A stretch of 64,000 bases of DNA, from the NCBI GenBank assembly GCA_963771015.1, contig CAVYRN010000013.1, positions 25,211-89,210 on the forward strand, in the 5' to 3' direction. Positions 1-11,087 of this stretch are shown here, one piece after another; position 1 is the first letter of the stretch, and every line of letters starts with the position of its first letter. The notes beneath the pieces are model-generated. The model searched no databases, was not told the DNA's origin, and saw only the letters and a program-made list of their open reading frames with translations. A program made the translations under genes and the position numbers. This DNA is from an uncultured Actinomycetota bacterium (GTDB taxonomy: Bacteria; Actinomycetota; Actinomycetes; Actinomycetales; Dermatophilaceae).

Positions 1-238
1 CGAGTCGGCCGACGATCTCGGCGAGCAGGTCGGCGTTCGAGCCGCGCCCGAAGGCCGCGTCGAGGTCGACGAGATGGAGCCACTGGGAGCCCTGCTCCTG
101 CCAGGCGAGCGCCGCCTCGACGGGGTCACCGAACTCGCCGCCACTGCCGGCCACGCCCTGGACGAGCTGGACGGCTCGCCCGTCGGCGACGTCGACCGCC
201 GGGAGCAGCTCGAGGACGGGGGCGGCGGCGGTGCTCAC
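1..238 (-). CDS. hisA: Phosphoribosyl isomerase A (HisA/PriA), 5' part only; gene runs off the window start
   Basis: Hand translation of the minus strand from GTG at 236-238 gives [28 protein letters not shown]...[16 protein letters not shown], a HisA/PriA N-terminal signature. It lies directly downstream of hisH. It is missing from the ORF track because the window edge cuts it. Confidence 0.8.
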   Translation of the reverse strand, partial: MSTAAAPVLELLPAVDVADGRAVQLVQGVAGSGGEFGDPVEAALAWQEQGSQWLHLVDLDAAFGRGSNADLLAEIVGRL

Positions 239-269
239 GGGATCTGCTCCAGGGTGGTCGGATGGGCGG

Positions 270-911
270 TCACAGCGACCGCACCCAGTTCGCGAGAAGG
301 GCGAGTCCGGCGTCGCCGGACTTCTCGGGGTGGAACTGGGTGGCCGCCAGCGGACCGTTCTCGACGGCGGCGACGAACGGGTTCCCGTGGGTCGCATAGG
401 TCACCAGGGGCGCCTGTCCGGCGAAGCTGCCGGTGGGCACGGGCATCGTCCACTCGGCCACCGCATAGGAGTGGACGAAGTAGAAGCGCTCGTCGGCGAC
501 GCCCTCGAACAGGGCCGAGCCGGCCGGCACGTCGACGAGCGACCACCCCATGTGGGGGACGACCGGAGCCTGGAGCCGGGTCACCGTCCCGGGCCACTGC
601 CCGAGCCCCTCCTGCGGGGCCTCGCTCGGCTCGGTGGACCCCTCGAACATCACCTGGAGTCCCACGCAGACCCCGAGGACCGGGCGCCCCCCCGCCAGAC
701 GCAGGTCGACGACCCGCGGGCCGTCGGCCGCCCGGAGCCCGACCATGCAGGCGTGGAAGTTGCCGACGCCGGGGACGAACAGCCCGTCAGCGGCCAGCGC
801 CGCATCGACATCGGCGGTGAGGATGACCTCGGCCCCGACCCGTTCGAGGGCGCGCACGGCCGACCGTACGTTCCCGCTGCCGTAGTCGAAGACGACGACC
901 CGTGCGCTCAC
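270..911 (-). CDS. hisH: Imidazole glycerol phosphate synthase, glutamine amidotransferase subunit HisH
   Basis: This is the C-terminal 213 aa of ORF 270..1463: [13 protein letters not shown]...[10 protein letters not shown]...FVHSY...FHPEKS. The GTG start at 911 overlaps the upstream stop (GTGA). The N-terminal part of the track ORF is Arg/Pro-rich and not credible. Confidence 0.9.
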   Translation of the reverse strand: MSARVVVFDYGSGNVRSAVRALERVGAEVILTADVDAALAADGLFVPGVGNFHACMVGLRAADGPRVVDLRLAGGRPVLGVCVGLQVMFEGSTEPSEAPQEGLGQWPGTVTRLQAPVVPHMGWSLVDVPAGSALFEGVADERFYFVHSYAVAEWTMPVPTGSFAGQAPLVTYATHGNPFVAAVENGPLAATQFHPEKSGDAGLALLANWVRSL

Positions 912-1540
912 CTGGCTCCCCCGCCGAGCTCGGCGCGATGTACCGCGTCGTCGGCGACGAGTGCGTCGAAGGTACGAACGGACCGCTCGGTGGGCTCGAC
1001 GATCCGGTCCTCGGGCGAGGGGCCCCTGAGGAGGAGATCCTCCCCGGGCAGGCCGAGCAGGCGGATGACCTCGACAAGCATCTCGATCGGACGGCCCGAG
1101 GGGTTCTTGACGGTCGTGACGATGGCGCCCGGCCGGGTCCTGGCCCCGGCGGCCGCGATGAGCTGGTCGGGGGCCAGCAGCGGCAGGTCCGGGGCGCGCC
1201 GGATCCCGTGCCCGGGCTCCCAGACGAGCCATCGCTGGTCGCGGCGCATGCCCTTGGGCTGGACCGCGATGACCCCGCGGCTCTTCATGACGAAGAACCC
1301 GAGCGACGGGCGGGCGCCGCCGGGCGCCGGACGTGCCGCGAGCATCTCGAGGCCCACGTCGTAGGGCGCGGTGCTTCGGGCCCGCTCCTCCGCGACCGTC
1401 ACGCCGGTCCACCCCTTGGCCAACGGGGTGAGGTGGGTCGCCACGAGTCCCCGGCGGGCCCACCGGGCCACCCGCTCGGGACGGCCGTGGACGAGGAGGA
1501 GGCCGAGCGCGGCGTCGGAGTCGTGGCCGTCGGTGCCCAT
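908..1540 (-). CDS. Conserved hypothetical protein inserted between hisB and hisH (210 aa)
   Basis: This is the C-terminal 210 aa of ORF 908..1894, starting at ATG 1540 (MGTDGHDSDAALGLLLVHG...), 4 nt after the hisB stop. Third-position GC is high. I recognise no family. Confidence 0.55.
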   Translation of the reverse strand: MGTDGHDSDAALGLLLVHGRPERVARWARRGLVATHLTPLAKGWTGVTVAEERARSTAPYDVGLEMLAARPAPGGARPSLGFFVMKSRGVIAVQPKGMRRDQRWLVWEPGHGIRRAPDLPLLAPDQLIAAAGARTRPGAIVTTVKNPSGRPIEMLVEVIRLLGLPGEDLLLRGPSPEDRIVEPTERSVRTFDALVADDAVHRAELGGGAR

Positions 1541-1544
1541 GGCT

Positions 1545-2168
1545 CTAGAGCGCGCCCTTGGCACTGGGGACGCCGCCGACCCGCGGGTCGAGCGCGACGG
1601 CCGTCCGCAGTGCTCGGGCCAGCGCCTTGAACTGTGCCTCGACGATGTGGTGGGGGTCGCGGCCGGCGAGGACCCGCACGTGGAGGGCGACTCCGGCGTT
1701 GGTCGCGAACGACTCCAGGACGTGGCGGGTGAGCGAGCCGACGTAGCCGCCGCCGATGACGACGTATGCCTGTCCCTCCGGCTCGCCGGTGTGGACGACG
1801 TAGGGTCGGCCGGCGACATCGACGACGGCCTGGACGAGCGCCTCGTCGAGCGGGACGGTCGCGTCGCCGAACCGGGTGATGCCGCGCTTGTCACCGAGCG
1901 CCTCGGCGACGGCCTGGCCGAGAACGATGGCGACGTCCTCGACGGTGTGGTGGGCGTCGACCTCGAGGTCGCCGGTCGCGCTCACCTGCAGGTCGATGAG
2001 GGAGTGCTTGGCGAGGCTGAGGAGCATGTGGTCGTAGAAGGGCACCCCGGTGCTGACCTCGCCCCGCCCGGAGCCGTCGAGGTCGACGGTGACCAGGACC
2101 TTGCTCTCGGAGGTCTCCCGGCTCAGGGTGGCCGTCCGGTGCGCGCCAGTGGTGGCGTCGACGCTCAC
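1545..2168 (-). CDS. hisB: Imidazoleglycerol-phosphate dehydratase
   Basis: Full 207-aa ORF with the HisB motifs [25 protein letters not shown] and DLDGSG. It overlaps hisC by 4 nt. Confidence 0.93.
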   Translation of the reverse strand: MSVDATTGAHRTATLSRETSESKVLVTVDLDGSGRGEVSTGVPFYDHMLLSLAKHSLIDLQVSATGDLEVDAHHTVEDVAIVLGQAVAEALGDKRGITRFGDATVPLDEALVQAVVDVAGRPYVVHTGEPEGQAYVVIGGGYVGSLTRHVLESFATNAGVALHVRVLAGRDPHHIVEAQFKALARALRTAVALDPRVGGVPSAKGAL

Positions 2169-3286
2169 GATGCTCCCTCCTTCGCCGGGTCCGACACGAG
2201 CTCGCCAAGCGCGTCAAGGAACCTCGTGGTTTCCTCAGGCGTACCTGCCGTAACACGAAGATAGTGGGAAATGCCCACATCTCTCACGAGAACACCACGA
2301 TCAAGCAGGTCGAGCCATGCCGAGTGGCTGTCCGCGAGGCCGCCGAAGAGGACGAAGTTCGCGTCACTCGGGACCGGCTCGAGCCCGAGCGGCGGGAGCG
2401 CCTCGACGATTCGGTCGCGCTGCTCCTTGATGACGCCGACCGTGTCGAGCATCGCGTCGGCGTGCCGGAGCGCGGCCAGCGCGACGGCCTGGGTCAGCGA
2501 GGACAGGTGGTACGGCATCCGGACCAGCCGCAGGGCGTTGACGAGCTCGGGGTCGGCCGCCAGGTAGCCGAGCCGGCCCCCGGCGAGAGCGAAGGCCTTG
2601 CTCATCGTCCGGGTGACGACGAGCCGCGGACGCCCCTGCAGGAGGGTGAGCGCGCTCGGCGTCCCGACCCGGGCGAACTCGGCATACGCCTCGTCGACGA
2701 CGACGACGGCCCGAGGCGCCGCCTCGTACACCGCCTCGACGACCTCGAGGGACAGCGCGGTCCCGGTCGGGTTGTTCGGGGAGCAGAGGAAGACGATGTT
2801 GGGGTCGGCGTCCCTGGCCTGGCGGGCCGCCGACTCGGGGTCGAGGTCGAACCTGCCGCCGCCGGGCACGCCGCGCAGGCCGTCGACCCAGCCGGTGCCG
2901 CTCGTCGAGGTGATGATCGGGTGCATCGAGTAGGCCGGGGTGAACCCGAGGGCCACCCGTCCGTTGCCCCCGAACGCCTGGAGCAGGTGGAGCAGGACCT
3001 CGTTGGACCCGTTGGCCGCCCAGACCTGGTCGGTCGCGATCGCCGTGCCGGACCGGGACAGGTATGCCGCGAGCGCCTCGCGCAGGGAGGTGAAGTCCCG
3101 GTCGGGATAACGGTTGAGGCCGGGGGCGATGGCCGCGACGCTGGCGACGATGTCGGCGACGACCTCGCTCGGCACGGGGTAGGAGTTCTCGTTCGTGTTG
3201 AGGGCCACCGGCACCTCGAGCTGGGGTGCGCCGTACGGCGTGAGGCCGCGCAGGTCCGGGCGCATGAGGTCGTCGATCTGGCTCAT
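2165..3286 (-). CDS. hisC: Histidinol-phosphate aminotransferase
   Basis: 373-aa ORF with class-II aminotransferase features (NENSYP, NPNNPTG-like [20 protein letters not shown]-lysine motif) in his operon context. Confidence 0.92.
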   Translation of the reverse strand: MSQIDDLMRPDLRGLTPYGAPQLEVPVALNTNENSYPVPSEVVADIVASVAAIAPGLNRYPDRDFTSLREALAAYLSRSGTAIATDQVWAANGSNEVLLHLLQAFGGNGRVALGFTPAYSMHPIITSTSGTGWVDGLRGVPGGGRFDLDPESAARQARDADPNIVFLCSPNNPTGTALSLEVVEAVYEAAPRAVVVVDEAYAEFARVGTPSALTLLQGRPRLVVTRTMSKAFALAGGRLGYLAADPELVNALRLVRMPYHLSSLTQAVALAALRHADAMLDTVGVIKEQRDRIVEALPPLGLEPVPSDANFVLFGGLADSHSAWLDLLDRGVLVRDVGISHYLRVTAGTPEETTRFLDALGELVSDPAKEGAS

Positions 3287-3307
3287 CGGTACGGTCCTCG
3301 GCTCTCG

Positions 3308-4639
3308 TTAGCCCAGCTCGGGTAGGCGGGCGATGATCGCCTCGCCGTGGGCCGGAAGATCCTCGGCCCGGGCCAGCGTGACGACCCTCTCGCCGACCTC
3401 GCGCAGTGCCGCCTCGGTGTAGTCGACGACGTGGATGCCGCGAAGGAAGGACTGGACCGACAGCCCGCTGCTGTGGGTGGCACTTCCGCCGGTCGGCAGC
3501 ACGTGGTTGGAGCCCGCGGCGTAGTCACCGAGGCTCACCGGGGCGAACGGGCCGACGAAGATCGCCCCGGCGTTGCGCACCCGGGCGGCGAGCGCAGCGG
3601 CGTCCCGGGTGTGGATCTCGAGGTGCTCGGCGGCATACGCGTCGACGACGGCCAGCCCGGCCTCGATGTCGTCGACGAGGACCACCGCCGACTGCGGCCC
3701 GGACACCGCCTCGGCCACCCGCTCGGTGTGCTTCGTCGTGGCGACGCGGCGGTTCAGGGCCTCGGTGACGGCCTCGGCCAGCTCGGCGCTGTCGGTGACG
3801 AGGACGGCGGCGGCCATCGGGTCGTGCTCGGCCTGGCTGACGAGGTCGGCGGCGACGTGGTCCGGGTCCGCGGTCTCGTCGGCGAGGATGGCGATCTCGG
3901 TCGGCCCGGCCTCGGCGTCGATGCCGATGAGCCCCTTGAGGAGCCGCTTGGCGGCGGCCACGTAGATGTTGCCCGGCCCGGTCACCATCCCGACCGGCTC
4001 GCACTCGACCGCCACCCCGCCCGCCTCGTCGGCGAACCCGTATGCGAAGGCCGCCACCGCCTGGGCCCCCCCGACGGAGTAGACCTCGTCGACGCCGAGC
4101 AGGGCGCAGGCGGCGAGGACCGTCGGGTGCGGCCAGCCGCCGTGGTCGCGCTGCGGCGGGGAGGCGACGGCGATCGAACCGACGCCGGCGATCTGGGCGG
4201 GGACGACGTTCATGACGACGCTGCTGGGGTAGACCGCGAGCCCACCGGGGACGTAGAGGCCGACGCGGTCGACGGGAACCCACCTCTCGGTGACCGTCCC
4301 GCCCTCGGTGACGATGGTCGTCGTGTCGGTCCGGCGCTGGTCGGCGTGGACGAGCCGGGCGCGGCGGATGGCCTCCTCGAGGGCGTCGCGGACCGCGGGG
4401 TCAAGAGCCTCGACGGCAGCGGCCATGACCTCCGCCGGGACCCGGAGGGCCGGCGGACGGACGCCGTCGAGACGCTCGGCGGCGGCATACAGCGCCGCGG
4501 CGCCGCGGTCCTGGACGTCGTCGCAGATCGGCCGGACGGCGGCGAGCGCCGCCTCGACGTCGAGCTCGGCTCGGGGCAGCACGCCGCGCAGCTCTCGGCG
4601 GCTCAGCCGACGGCCGCGCAGGTCGAGCACGGGGATCAT
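3308..4639 (-). CDS. hisD: Histidinol dehydrogenase
   Basis: 443-aa ORF with GPGNIYV, SQAEHD and HLEIH-type HisD motifs. It is the first gene of the his cluster. Confidence 0.93.
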   Translation of the reverse strand: MIPVLDLRGRRLSRRELRGVLPRAELDVEAALAAVRPICDDVQDRGAAALYAAAERLDGVRPPALRVPAEVMAAAVEALDPAVRDALEEAIRRARLVHADQRRTDTTTIVTEGGTVTERWVPVDRVGLYVPGGLAVYPSSVVMNVVPAQIAGVGSIAVASPPQRDHGGWPHPTVLAACALLGVDEVYSVGGAQAVAAFAYGFADEAGGVAVECEPVGMVTGPGNIYVAAAKRLLKGLIGIDAEAGPTEIAILADETADPDHVAADLVSQAEHDPMAAAVLVTDSAELAEAVTEALNRRVATTKHTERVAEAVSGPQSAVVLVDDIEAGLAVVDAYAAEHLEIHTRDAAALAARVRNAGAIFVGPFAPVSLGDYAAGSNHVLPTGGSATHSSGLSVQSFLRGIHVVDYTEAALREVGERVVTLARAEDLPAHGEAIIARLPELG

Positions 4640-4733
4640 GGCGGAAGTCTAGGTGGGCCTCGGGCTACCGGCTCCTCGTCGTCCGCCCGCCGACCACCCC
4701 GTGATCCGCGCCGCGGTCGTCGTAGGAGACTGG

Positions 4734-7700
4734 TCAGGAACCGTAGAAGACCTGTTCGGCCGCCTGCCGGGCCCGGCGAGCCACCCGGCGGTACCGCTCG
4801 GCGAGCTCCTGTCCCGAACGGGGCGGCAGCCCGAGGATCCGGGCGATCCCCTCCGCGTCGCGCAGGTCGGTCGGCAGCGCCTCGATCGTGCGGCTGCGGA
4901 AAAGGGTCCCCGCGTTGCGCATCGCCGACGCGAGCCGCCACGCCTCGCCGAGGGCGGCGGCCGAGGCCTCGTCGATGAGACCGAGCCTCTCGGCCGCCGC
5001 GAGCCCGTCGAGGGTCGAGGTCGTGCGCAGTTCCGGATGAGCGTCGGCGTGGCCGAGCTGGACCAGCTGGACACACCACTCGACGTCGGAGAGCCCGCCG
5101 TGCCCGAGCTTGAAGTGGGTCTTGCGGTCGGCGCCGCGGGGCAGCCGCTCGGCCTCCATCCGGGCCTTGAGGGTCCGGATCTCGCGGACCTGCTCCGGGG
5201 CGAGGCCGCCCTTCGGCCACCGGATCGGGGCGACGAGCCGGAGGAACCGCTCGCCGAGGTCCGCGTCCCCGGCGATCGGCTTGGCACGCAGCAGCGCCTG
5301 CGCCTCCCAGACCAGAGACCACCGGTCGTAGTACTGCCCGTATGCCGCGAGCGAGCGGACGAGGGGCCCGCTCTTGCCCTCCGGGCGCAGGGCGGCATCG
5401 ACGTCGAGCTTCCGGTCCGGGCCGGCCGCCCCGAGCAGGGCGATGAGCTCCTTGACGACCTCGGTCGCCTGCTCCTGGGCCGCGGTGTCGTCGGCCCCGG
5501 GCACCGGGTCGTGGACGAAGATGACGTCGGCGTCCGAGCCGTACCCGATCTCGCCCCCGCCGAGCCGGCCCATGCCGACGATGAGCACCCGCGTCACCGG
5601 CGGCGCGCCGGTCCGGGCCTCGAGGCCCCGCAGGCACACGTCGAGCGTCACCTGCAGCAACGCCCCGGTGAGGTCGGTGAGCGCGGCGCCCACCTCGTCG
5701 AGCGTGATGACACCGGTGAGGTCGGCGACGGCGACCCGGAACAGCTCCGAGCGCCGGATGGCGCGGGCCGCGAGCACCGCCGAGGCCGGGTCGTCCTTGC
5801 GCCCGGCGGCGGCCCGCATCCGCCGCTCGATCTCACCTCGGCCACGCGGCTCGACCCCGCCGGGGTCGCCGAGGAACTGGACGCACTCGGGCGCGGACTC
5901 GAGCAGGTCCGCGGCATACCGGCTCCGGGCCAGGGTGTGCGCGAGGTTCTCCGCCGCCTGGCCCTCGTCACGCAGCAGCCGGAGGTACCAGTGGGTCGAC
6001 CCCAGCTCGTCGCTGATCCTCCGGAAGGCGAGCAGCCCCGCATCGGGGTCGGCCTCGTCGGCGAACCAGCCGAGCATGACCGGCAGCAGCTGGCGCTGGA
6101 TCGCCGCCCGACGGCTCAGCCCGTCGCTCAGTGCCTTGAGGTGTCCGAGCGCACCCCGCGGGTCGGCGTACCCGAGGGCCGACAGCCGCTCACGGGCCGC
6201 CTTCGACGTAAGTCGCACCTCCGTCGTGCTGAGCCGCGCGACGGCGGACAGGAGGGGCCGGTAGAAGATCCGCTCGTGCAGGCGGCGCACCTCGCGGGCC
6301 TGGGCGCGCCACTCGTGCACGACGTCGGCCGCCGGGTCGCGACGGAAGCCGACGGCCCGGCCGAGCCGCCGCAGGTCGGCGTCGGCGGTCGGCATGAGGT
6401 GGGTGCGCCGCAGTCGGTGGAGCTGGATCCGGTGCTCGAGGGTCCGCAGGAACCGGTATGCCGCGTCGAGGACCGCCGCGTCGTCCCGGCCGACGTAGCC
6501 GCCCCGGCTCAGCGCCGCGAGCGCCTCGAGTGTCGTGCGCGACCGGAGGGAGTCGTCGGCCCTGCCGTGGACGAGCTGCAGCAGCTGGACGCTGAACTCG
6601 ACGTCGCGCAGACCGCCGGGGCCCAGCTTGAGCTGCCGGTCCGCCTCCGCGGCCGGCACGTGCTCCTCGACCCGGCGTCGCATCGCCTGGACGTCGTCGA
6701 CGAAGTTCTCCCGTGAGGCCGCCTGCCACACCATCGGCTGGACGACGGCGAGGTACTCCTCACCCAGCTCACGGTCGCCGGCGAGCGGGCGGGCCTTGAG
6801 GAGCGCCTGGAACTCCCAGGTCTTCGCCCAGCGCTCGTAGTAGGCCCGGTGGCTCGACACCGTCCGGACGAGCGGCCCCTGCTTCCCCTCGGGTCGCAGG
6901 GCGGGGTCGACCGGCCACAGCGAGCCGGCCGCGGTCGAGGCCGAACAGACCCGCATGAGCCGGGTGGCCAGGTCGGTGGCGACGGCCAGGGCCTCCTCCT
7001 CGGCCACGCCCTCGGCCGGCGCGGCGACGAAGATGACGTCGACGTCGCTGATGTAGTTGAGCTCTCGGCCACCGGCCTTCCCCATGCCGATGACGGCCAA
7101 CCTGCAGCGGCCCGCCCGCTCCTCGCCGACGGCCTCCTCGGCGACGACGAGCGCCGCCTCGAGCGCCCCCTCGGCGAGGTCCGCGAGAGCGGCGGACGCC
7201 GCGGGCATCCCGGCCACCGGGTCGGCGCTGGTGAGGTCGAGCGCGGCGATCCCGAGGAGCTGCCGTCGGTACTCGACCCGCAGGGCGTCCATCGCCTCGG
7301 CCTCGGGGAGCCCTCGGACCGCCGCGACGAGGGCGGCGACCCGGTCCGGCGCACCGATCGGCTCGGCCCGGGCGGCCGAGGCCCAGTGGCCCGGGTGGGC
7401 GACGAGGTGGTCGGCGAGCGCCGTCGACCCGCCGAGGACGGCCAGGACCCGGTCGCGGGGCGCGCCGGACGCGGTGAGCGCCGCGGTGAGCCCGGCCTGG
7501 GCGTCAGCGTCCGTCCGGACCGCGGCCTCCATGAGCCGGACCAGGGCGAGCAGCGCCTGGTCGGGGTCGGCCACCTCGACGAGCCCGCGCGCGAGCCCGT
7601 CGGACTCGACCCGCTCGAGGTCGTGGATGAGCGGGGCGATGACCTCCTCGTCGAGGAGGGCGCGGGCGCGGCCGGGGTCGGCGAACCCGAGACGAGTGAG

Positions 7701-7736
7701 CGCTCCGGGGACGGTTTCCCCGCGATGGGGGGTCAC
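4734..7736 (-). CDS. glnE: Bifunctional glutamine synthetase adenylyltransferase/adenylyl-removing enzyme
   Basis: This is the C-terminal 1000 aa of ORF 4734..8204. It has two nucleotidyltransferase repeats (GMGKAGGRELNYISDVDVIFV and GMGRLGGGEIGYGSDADVIFV). The GTG start at 7736 overlaps the glnA2 stop (GTGA). The extra N-terminus of the track ORF overlaps glnA2 out of frame. Confidence 0.9.
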   Translation of the reverse strand: MTPHRGETVPGALTRLGFADPGRARALLDEEVIAPLIHDLERVESDGLARGLVEVADPDQALLALVRLMEAAVRTDADAQAGLTAALTASGAPRDRVLAVLGGSTALADHLVAHPGHWASAARAEPIGAPDRVAALVAAVRGLPEAEAMDALRVEYRRQLLGIAALDLTSADPVAGMPAASAALADLAEGALEAALVVAEEAVGEERAGRCRLAVIGMGKAGGRELNYISDVDVIFVAAPAEGVAEEEALAVATDLATRLMRVCSASTAAGSLWPVDPALRPEGKQGPLVRTVSSHRAYYERWAKTWEFQALLKARPLAGDRELGEEYLAVVQPMVWQAASRENFVDDVQAMRRRVEEHVPAAEADRQLKLGPGGLRDVEFSVQLLQLVHGRADDSLRSRTTLEALAALSRGGYVGRDDAAVLDAAYRFLRTLEHRIQLHRLRRTHLMPTADADLRRLGRAVGFRRDPAADVVHEWRAQAREVRRLHERIFYRPLLSAVARLSTTEVRLTSKAARERLSALGYADPRGALGHLKALSDGLSRRAAIQRQLLPVMLGWFADEADPDAGLLAFRRISDELGSTHWYLRLLRDEGQAAENLAHTLARSRYAADLLESAPECVQFLGDPGGVEPRGRGEIERRMRAAAGRKDDPASAVLAARAIRRSELFRVAVADLTGVITLDEVGAALTDLTGALLQVTLDVCLRGLEARTGAPPVTRVLIVGMGRLGGGEIGYGSDADVIFVHDPVPGADDTAAQEQATEVVKELIALLGAAGPDRKLDVDAALRPEGKSGPLVRSLAAYGQYYDRWSLVWEAQALLRAKPIAGDADLGERFLRLVAPIRWPKGGLAPEQVREIRTLKARMEAERLPRGADRKTHFKLGHGGLSDVEWCVQLVQLGHADAHPELRTTSTLDGLAAAERLGLIDEASAAALGEAWRLASAMRNAGTLFRSRTIEALPTDLRDAEGIARILGLPPRSGQELAERYRRVARRARQAAEQVFYGS

Positions 7737-9079
7737 AGTCTGGGAAGGTACCGCTCCAGCTCGAACGCCGTCACCTGGTTCCGGTAGTCGGCCCACTCGG
7801 CGCGCTTGTTGCGGAGGAAGAAGTCGAAGACATGCTCGCCGAGGGTCTCTGCGACGAGCTCGCTCGCCTCCATGGCCGCGATCGCCGCGTCGAGTGACTC
7901 GGGGAGCGGCTTGATCCCCATCGCGCGCCGCTCGCCGTCGGTGAGGCCCCACACGTCGTCCTCGGCCTCCGGTGGCAGCTCGTAGCCCTCCTCGATCCCC
8001 TTGAGCCCGGCGGCCAGGATGACGCCGAAGGCGAGGTACGGGTTGCAGGCGGCGTCGATGGTCCGGACCTCGATCCGGGTGCTGTTGCCCTTGCTCGGCT
8101 TGTACATGGGGACGCGCACCATGGCGGAGCGGTTGTTGTGGCCCCAGGTCAGGTGCGCCGGGGCCTCTCCCCCGCCCCAGAGCCGCTTGTAGCTGTTGAC
8201 CCACTGGTTGGTCACCGCGGTGATCTCGGGACCATGGGTGATGAGGCCGGCGATGAACTGCCGCGCCGTCTTGGACAGCTGGTACGGGGCGCCGGCCTCG
8301 TAGAAGGCGTTGGTGTCGCCCTCGAAGAGCGAGACGTGGGTGTGCATGCCCGAGCCCGGGTGCTCGGCGAACACCTTCGGCATGAACGTCGCGTAGACGC
8401 CCTGCTCGAGGGCCACCTCCTTGACGACGGTCCGGAAGGTCATGATGTTGTCCGCCGTGGTCAGGGCGTCGGCGTAGCGCAGGTCGATCTCGTTCTGTCC
8501 CGGCCCACCCTCGTGGTGGCTGAACTCGACCGAGATCCCCATCGACTCGAGCATGGTGATCGCGGCGCGGCGGAAGTCGTGGGCCGTCCCTTGCGGAACG
8601 TGCTCGAAGTAGCCGGCCGCGTCGACCGGACGTGGCGGCTGGCCGGGCTCGAAGCCCCGCTCGAGGAGGAAGAACTCGATCTCGGGGTGGGTATAGAAGG
8701 TGAACCCCATGTCGGAGGCGCGGGCGAGGGCGCGCTGGAGGACGTGCCGCGGGTCGGCCATGCTCGGCGTCCCGTCAGGCAGGGTGATGTCGCAGAACAT
8801 CCGGGCCGTTCCGGGAGCCTCCCCGCGCCAGGGCAGCACCTGGAACGTCGCCGGGTCGGGGTGCGCCAGCATGTCTGCCTCGAAGACGCGGGCGAAGCCC
8901 TCGATGGCCGAGCCGTCGAAGCCGATGCCCTCGGCGAACGCCCCCTCGAGCTCGGCCGGCGCGACGGCAACCGACTTCAGGGTGCCCAGGACGTCGGTGA
9001 ACCAGAGCCGGACGAAGCGGATGTCCCGCTCCTCGATCGTCCGAAGGACATACTCCTGCTGTCGATCCATGGCTCGCAT
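7733..9079 (-). CDS. glnA2: Type I glutamine synthetase, GlnA2 type
   Basis: 448-aa ORF beginning MDRQQEYVLRTIEERDIRFVRLWFTDVLGTLKSVAVAPAELEGAF..., near-identical in pattern to mycobacterial GlnA2. It pairs with glnE as in Rv2221c/Rv2222c. Confidence 0.9.
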   Translation of the reverse strand: MRAMDRQQEYVLRTIEERDIRFVRLWFTDVLGTLKSVAVAPAELEGAFAEGIGFDGSAIEGFARVFEADMLAHPDPATFQVLPWRGEAPGTARMFCDITLPDGTPSMADPRHVLQRALARASDMGFTFYTHPEIEFFLLERGFEPGQPPRPVDAAGYFEHVPQGTAHDFRRAAITMLESMGISVEFSHHEGGPGQNEIDLRYADALTTADNIMTFRTVVKEVALEQGVYATFMPKVFAEHPGSGMHTHVSLFEGDTNAFYEAGAPYQLSKTARQFIAGLITHGPEITAVTNQWVNSYKRLWGGGEAPAHLTWGHNNRSAMVRVPMYKPSKGNSTRIEVRTIDAACNPYLAFGVILAAGLKGIEEGYELPPEAEDDVWGLTDGERRAMGIKPLPESLDAAIAAMEASELVAETLGEHVFDFFLRNKRAEWADYRNQVTAFELERYLPRL

Positions 9080-9093
9080 CCTGCCCCATCCAC

Positions 9094-9109
9094 GTTTCGC
9101 CGGGGTAAC
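9094..9109 (-). promoter_or_regulatory. Candidate GlnR box (GTTAC-N6-GAAAC) upstream of glnA2
   Basis: The minus strand reads GTTACcccggcGAAAC 15-30 nt upstream of the glnA2 ATG. This matches the gTnAc-n6-GaAAc GlnR consensus described for Streptomyces. It is a pattern match only. Confidence 0.4.
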
Positions 9110-9187
9110 GGCATCGGCCGTCGGTCACCGCGGGCGGCCGGAGACGGCCTCAGCCCGTCCGCCGTGCGTCCGACCTAGGATGACGGC

Positions 9188-10081
9188 ATGACCGAGCCCG
9201 CCCAGCAGCCCGCCCCGAGACCCGAGCCCGCTGCGGCCGAGGCGGTCGCCCCCTACGGCACCGGGGTCCAGGCCGCACCCCAGCGCAGGGTGCGGGTCCC
9301 CCACCTGATCCAGATGAAGGAGCGGGGCGAGAGGTGGGCCATGCTCACGGCATACGACATGTATGCCGCCGAGATCTTCGACGAGGCCGGCATCCCGGTC
9401 CTGCTCGTCGGCGACTCGGCCGGCAACAACGTCTACGGCTTCGAGACGACCGTCCCGGTCACCGTCGACCACCTCGTTCCGCTGTGCCGCGCCGTCACCC
9501 TCGCGGCGAAACGGGCCATGGTCGTCGCCGACCTTCCCTTCGGCTCCTACCAGGCCAGCCCCCAGCAGGCACTCGCGACCGCGACCCGCTTCATGAAGGA
9601 GGGCATGGCGCACGCCGTCAAGCTCGAAGGGGGACGGGCCATGGTCCCCGAGGTGGAGCTCCTCGTCCGAGCCGGCATCCCCGTCATGGGCCACATCGGC
9701 TTCACCCCGCAGAGCGAGCACGTCCTGGGCGGCTACAAGGTCCAGGGACGGGGCGAGGGCGCGGACCGGCTCCTCGACGACGCCCTGGCCCTGCAGGAGG
9801 CCGGCTGCTTCGCCGTCGTCATCGAGATGGTCCCCGAGGCGGTCGCCGAGCGGGTGACCGCCGCGCTGCGGATCCCCACGATCGGCATCGGCGCGGGGCC
9901 GCACTGCGACGCCCAGGTCCTCGTCTGGCAGGACATGGCCGGGCTGCGCGGCGGGCGGGCCCCGCGTTTCGTCAAGAAGTACGCCGACCTGCGCGGCGCC
10001 CTCGGCGGGGCCGCCAGGGCGTATGCCGCCGACGTGGCCGCCGGCACCTTCCCCGACGCCGAGCACTCCTTCGAGGCCTGA
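9188..10081 (+). CDS. panB: 3-methyl-2-oxobutanoate hydroxymethyltransferase
   Basis: 297-aa ORF with [33 protein letters not shown] and VKLEGG, typical PanB motifs. Confidence 0.92.
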   Translation: MTEPAQQPAPRPEPAAAEAVAPYGTGVQAAPQRRVRVPHLIQMKERGERWAMLTAYDMYAAEIFDEAGIPVLLVGDSAGNNVYGFETTVPVTVDHLVPLCRAVTLAAKRAMVVADLPFGSYQASPQQALATATRFMKEGMAHAVKLEGGRAMVPEVELLVRAGIPVMGHIGFTPQSEHVLGGYKVQGRGEGADRLLDDALALQEAGCFAVVIEMVPEAVAERVTAALRIPTIGIGAGPHCDAQVLVWQDMAGLRGGRAPRFVKKYADLRGALGGAARAYAADVAAGTFPDAEHSFEA

Positions 10082-10082
10082 G

Positions 10083-10784
10083 ATGCCCGACAGCGTGACC
10101 GACCCGACGCCGCCACGCGGTGAGGACCCGCGGCAGGACCCGCGGCGCCGGTGGGACCTCAACCCGCCCGTCGACCCGTTCACCCGGTGGGCCGAGATCG
10201 CCGACGGCTCCGGCGGCGCCGGGGCCTACCAGCGGCGCTTCGACGAGCTCGAGGAGGGTGGCGCTGACATCCACGGCGAGGCACGGCTCGTCGCTTCGCT
10301 CATCCCGCCACCGGCGCGCGTCCTCGACGCCGGATGCGGCACGGGCCGGGTCGCCTCGACCCTGGCCCGGCTCGGCTACCGGTGCACCGGGGTCGACGCC
10401 GACCTCGACATGATCGGGTTCGCCCGCGAGCGAGACCCGGCGTCGCACTACATCCATGCCGACCTCAGCGAGCTGTACCTGCGCAGCCAGGCCTTCGAGG
10501 CCATCGTGCTCGCCGGCAACGTCATCCCGCTCCTCGAACCCGGCACCCTGACCCGGGTCGTCGAACGGCTCGTGGCTCACACGACGCCGGACGGCCTCGT
10601 CATCGCCGGCTTCGGCCTGGACGCGGCGCACCTGCCCCCGGGCTGCCCGGTCACCCCGCTCACCGACTACGACGCGGCCTGCGGCCCGGCCGGGCTGACG
10701 CTCGTCGAGCGGTGGTCCACGTGGGACAGACAGCCGTGGACGACGGATGCCGGGTACGCCGTGTCCGTGCACCGGCGCCGCTGA
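10083..10784 (+). CDS. Class I SAM-dependent methyltransferase
   Basis: The in-frame ATG at 10083 lies just after the panB stop. SAM motif I is VLDAGCGTGRV. The first 20 codons of the track ORF overlap panB. Confidence 0.75.
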   Translation: MPDSVTDPTPPRGEDPRQDPRRRWDLNPPVDPFTRWAEIADGSGGAGAYQRRFDELEEGGADIHGEARLVASLIPPPARVLDAGCGTGRVASTLARLGYRCTGVDADLDMIGFARERDPASHYIHADLSELYLRSQAFEAIVLAGNVIPLLEPGTLTRVVERLVAHTTPDGLVIAGFGLDAAHLPPGCPVTPLTDYDAACGPAGLTLVERWSTWDRQPWTTDAGYAVSVHRRR

Positions 10785-10816
10785 GCCGGTCGCGCCGATC
10801 CGCGCGCGGCGACCGC

Positions 10817-11014
10817 TCAGGCGTCCTCGCCCTTGTCCTCGCCCTCGTTCCAGCGACGGTCCTCCTCGTCCCACTTCTCGCTCTTCTCGTGGGCGAGCTC
10901 GAGGGCATGCGCGGCCTCGTCGGCACTGTCGTAGGGGCCCATGACGAAGGCGCCCTGGCTGCGGGTCTCCTCGGTTTCCACCGTGCCGGTGTCGACGTTG
11001 AACCAGTAGGCCAT
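10817..11014 (-). CDS. Small acidic conserved hypothetical protein (65 aa)
   Basis: ATG at 11014: [57 protein letters not shown]... Codon bias is good. The upstream part of the track ORF is not protein-like. Confidence 0.55.
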   Translation of the reverse strand: MAYWFNVDTGTVETEETRSQGAFVMGPYDSADEAAHALELAHEKSEKWDEEDRRWNEGEDKGEDA

Positions 11015-11087
11015 CGAACCACTCCTTCGTCGAGCCGGGCCGGACGCATGCGCCCGTCCTCCCGAGCTGCTGCCTAGACTCCACCGT

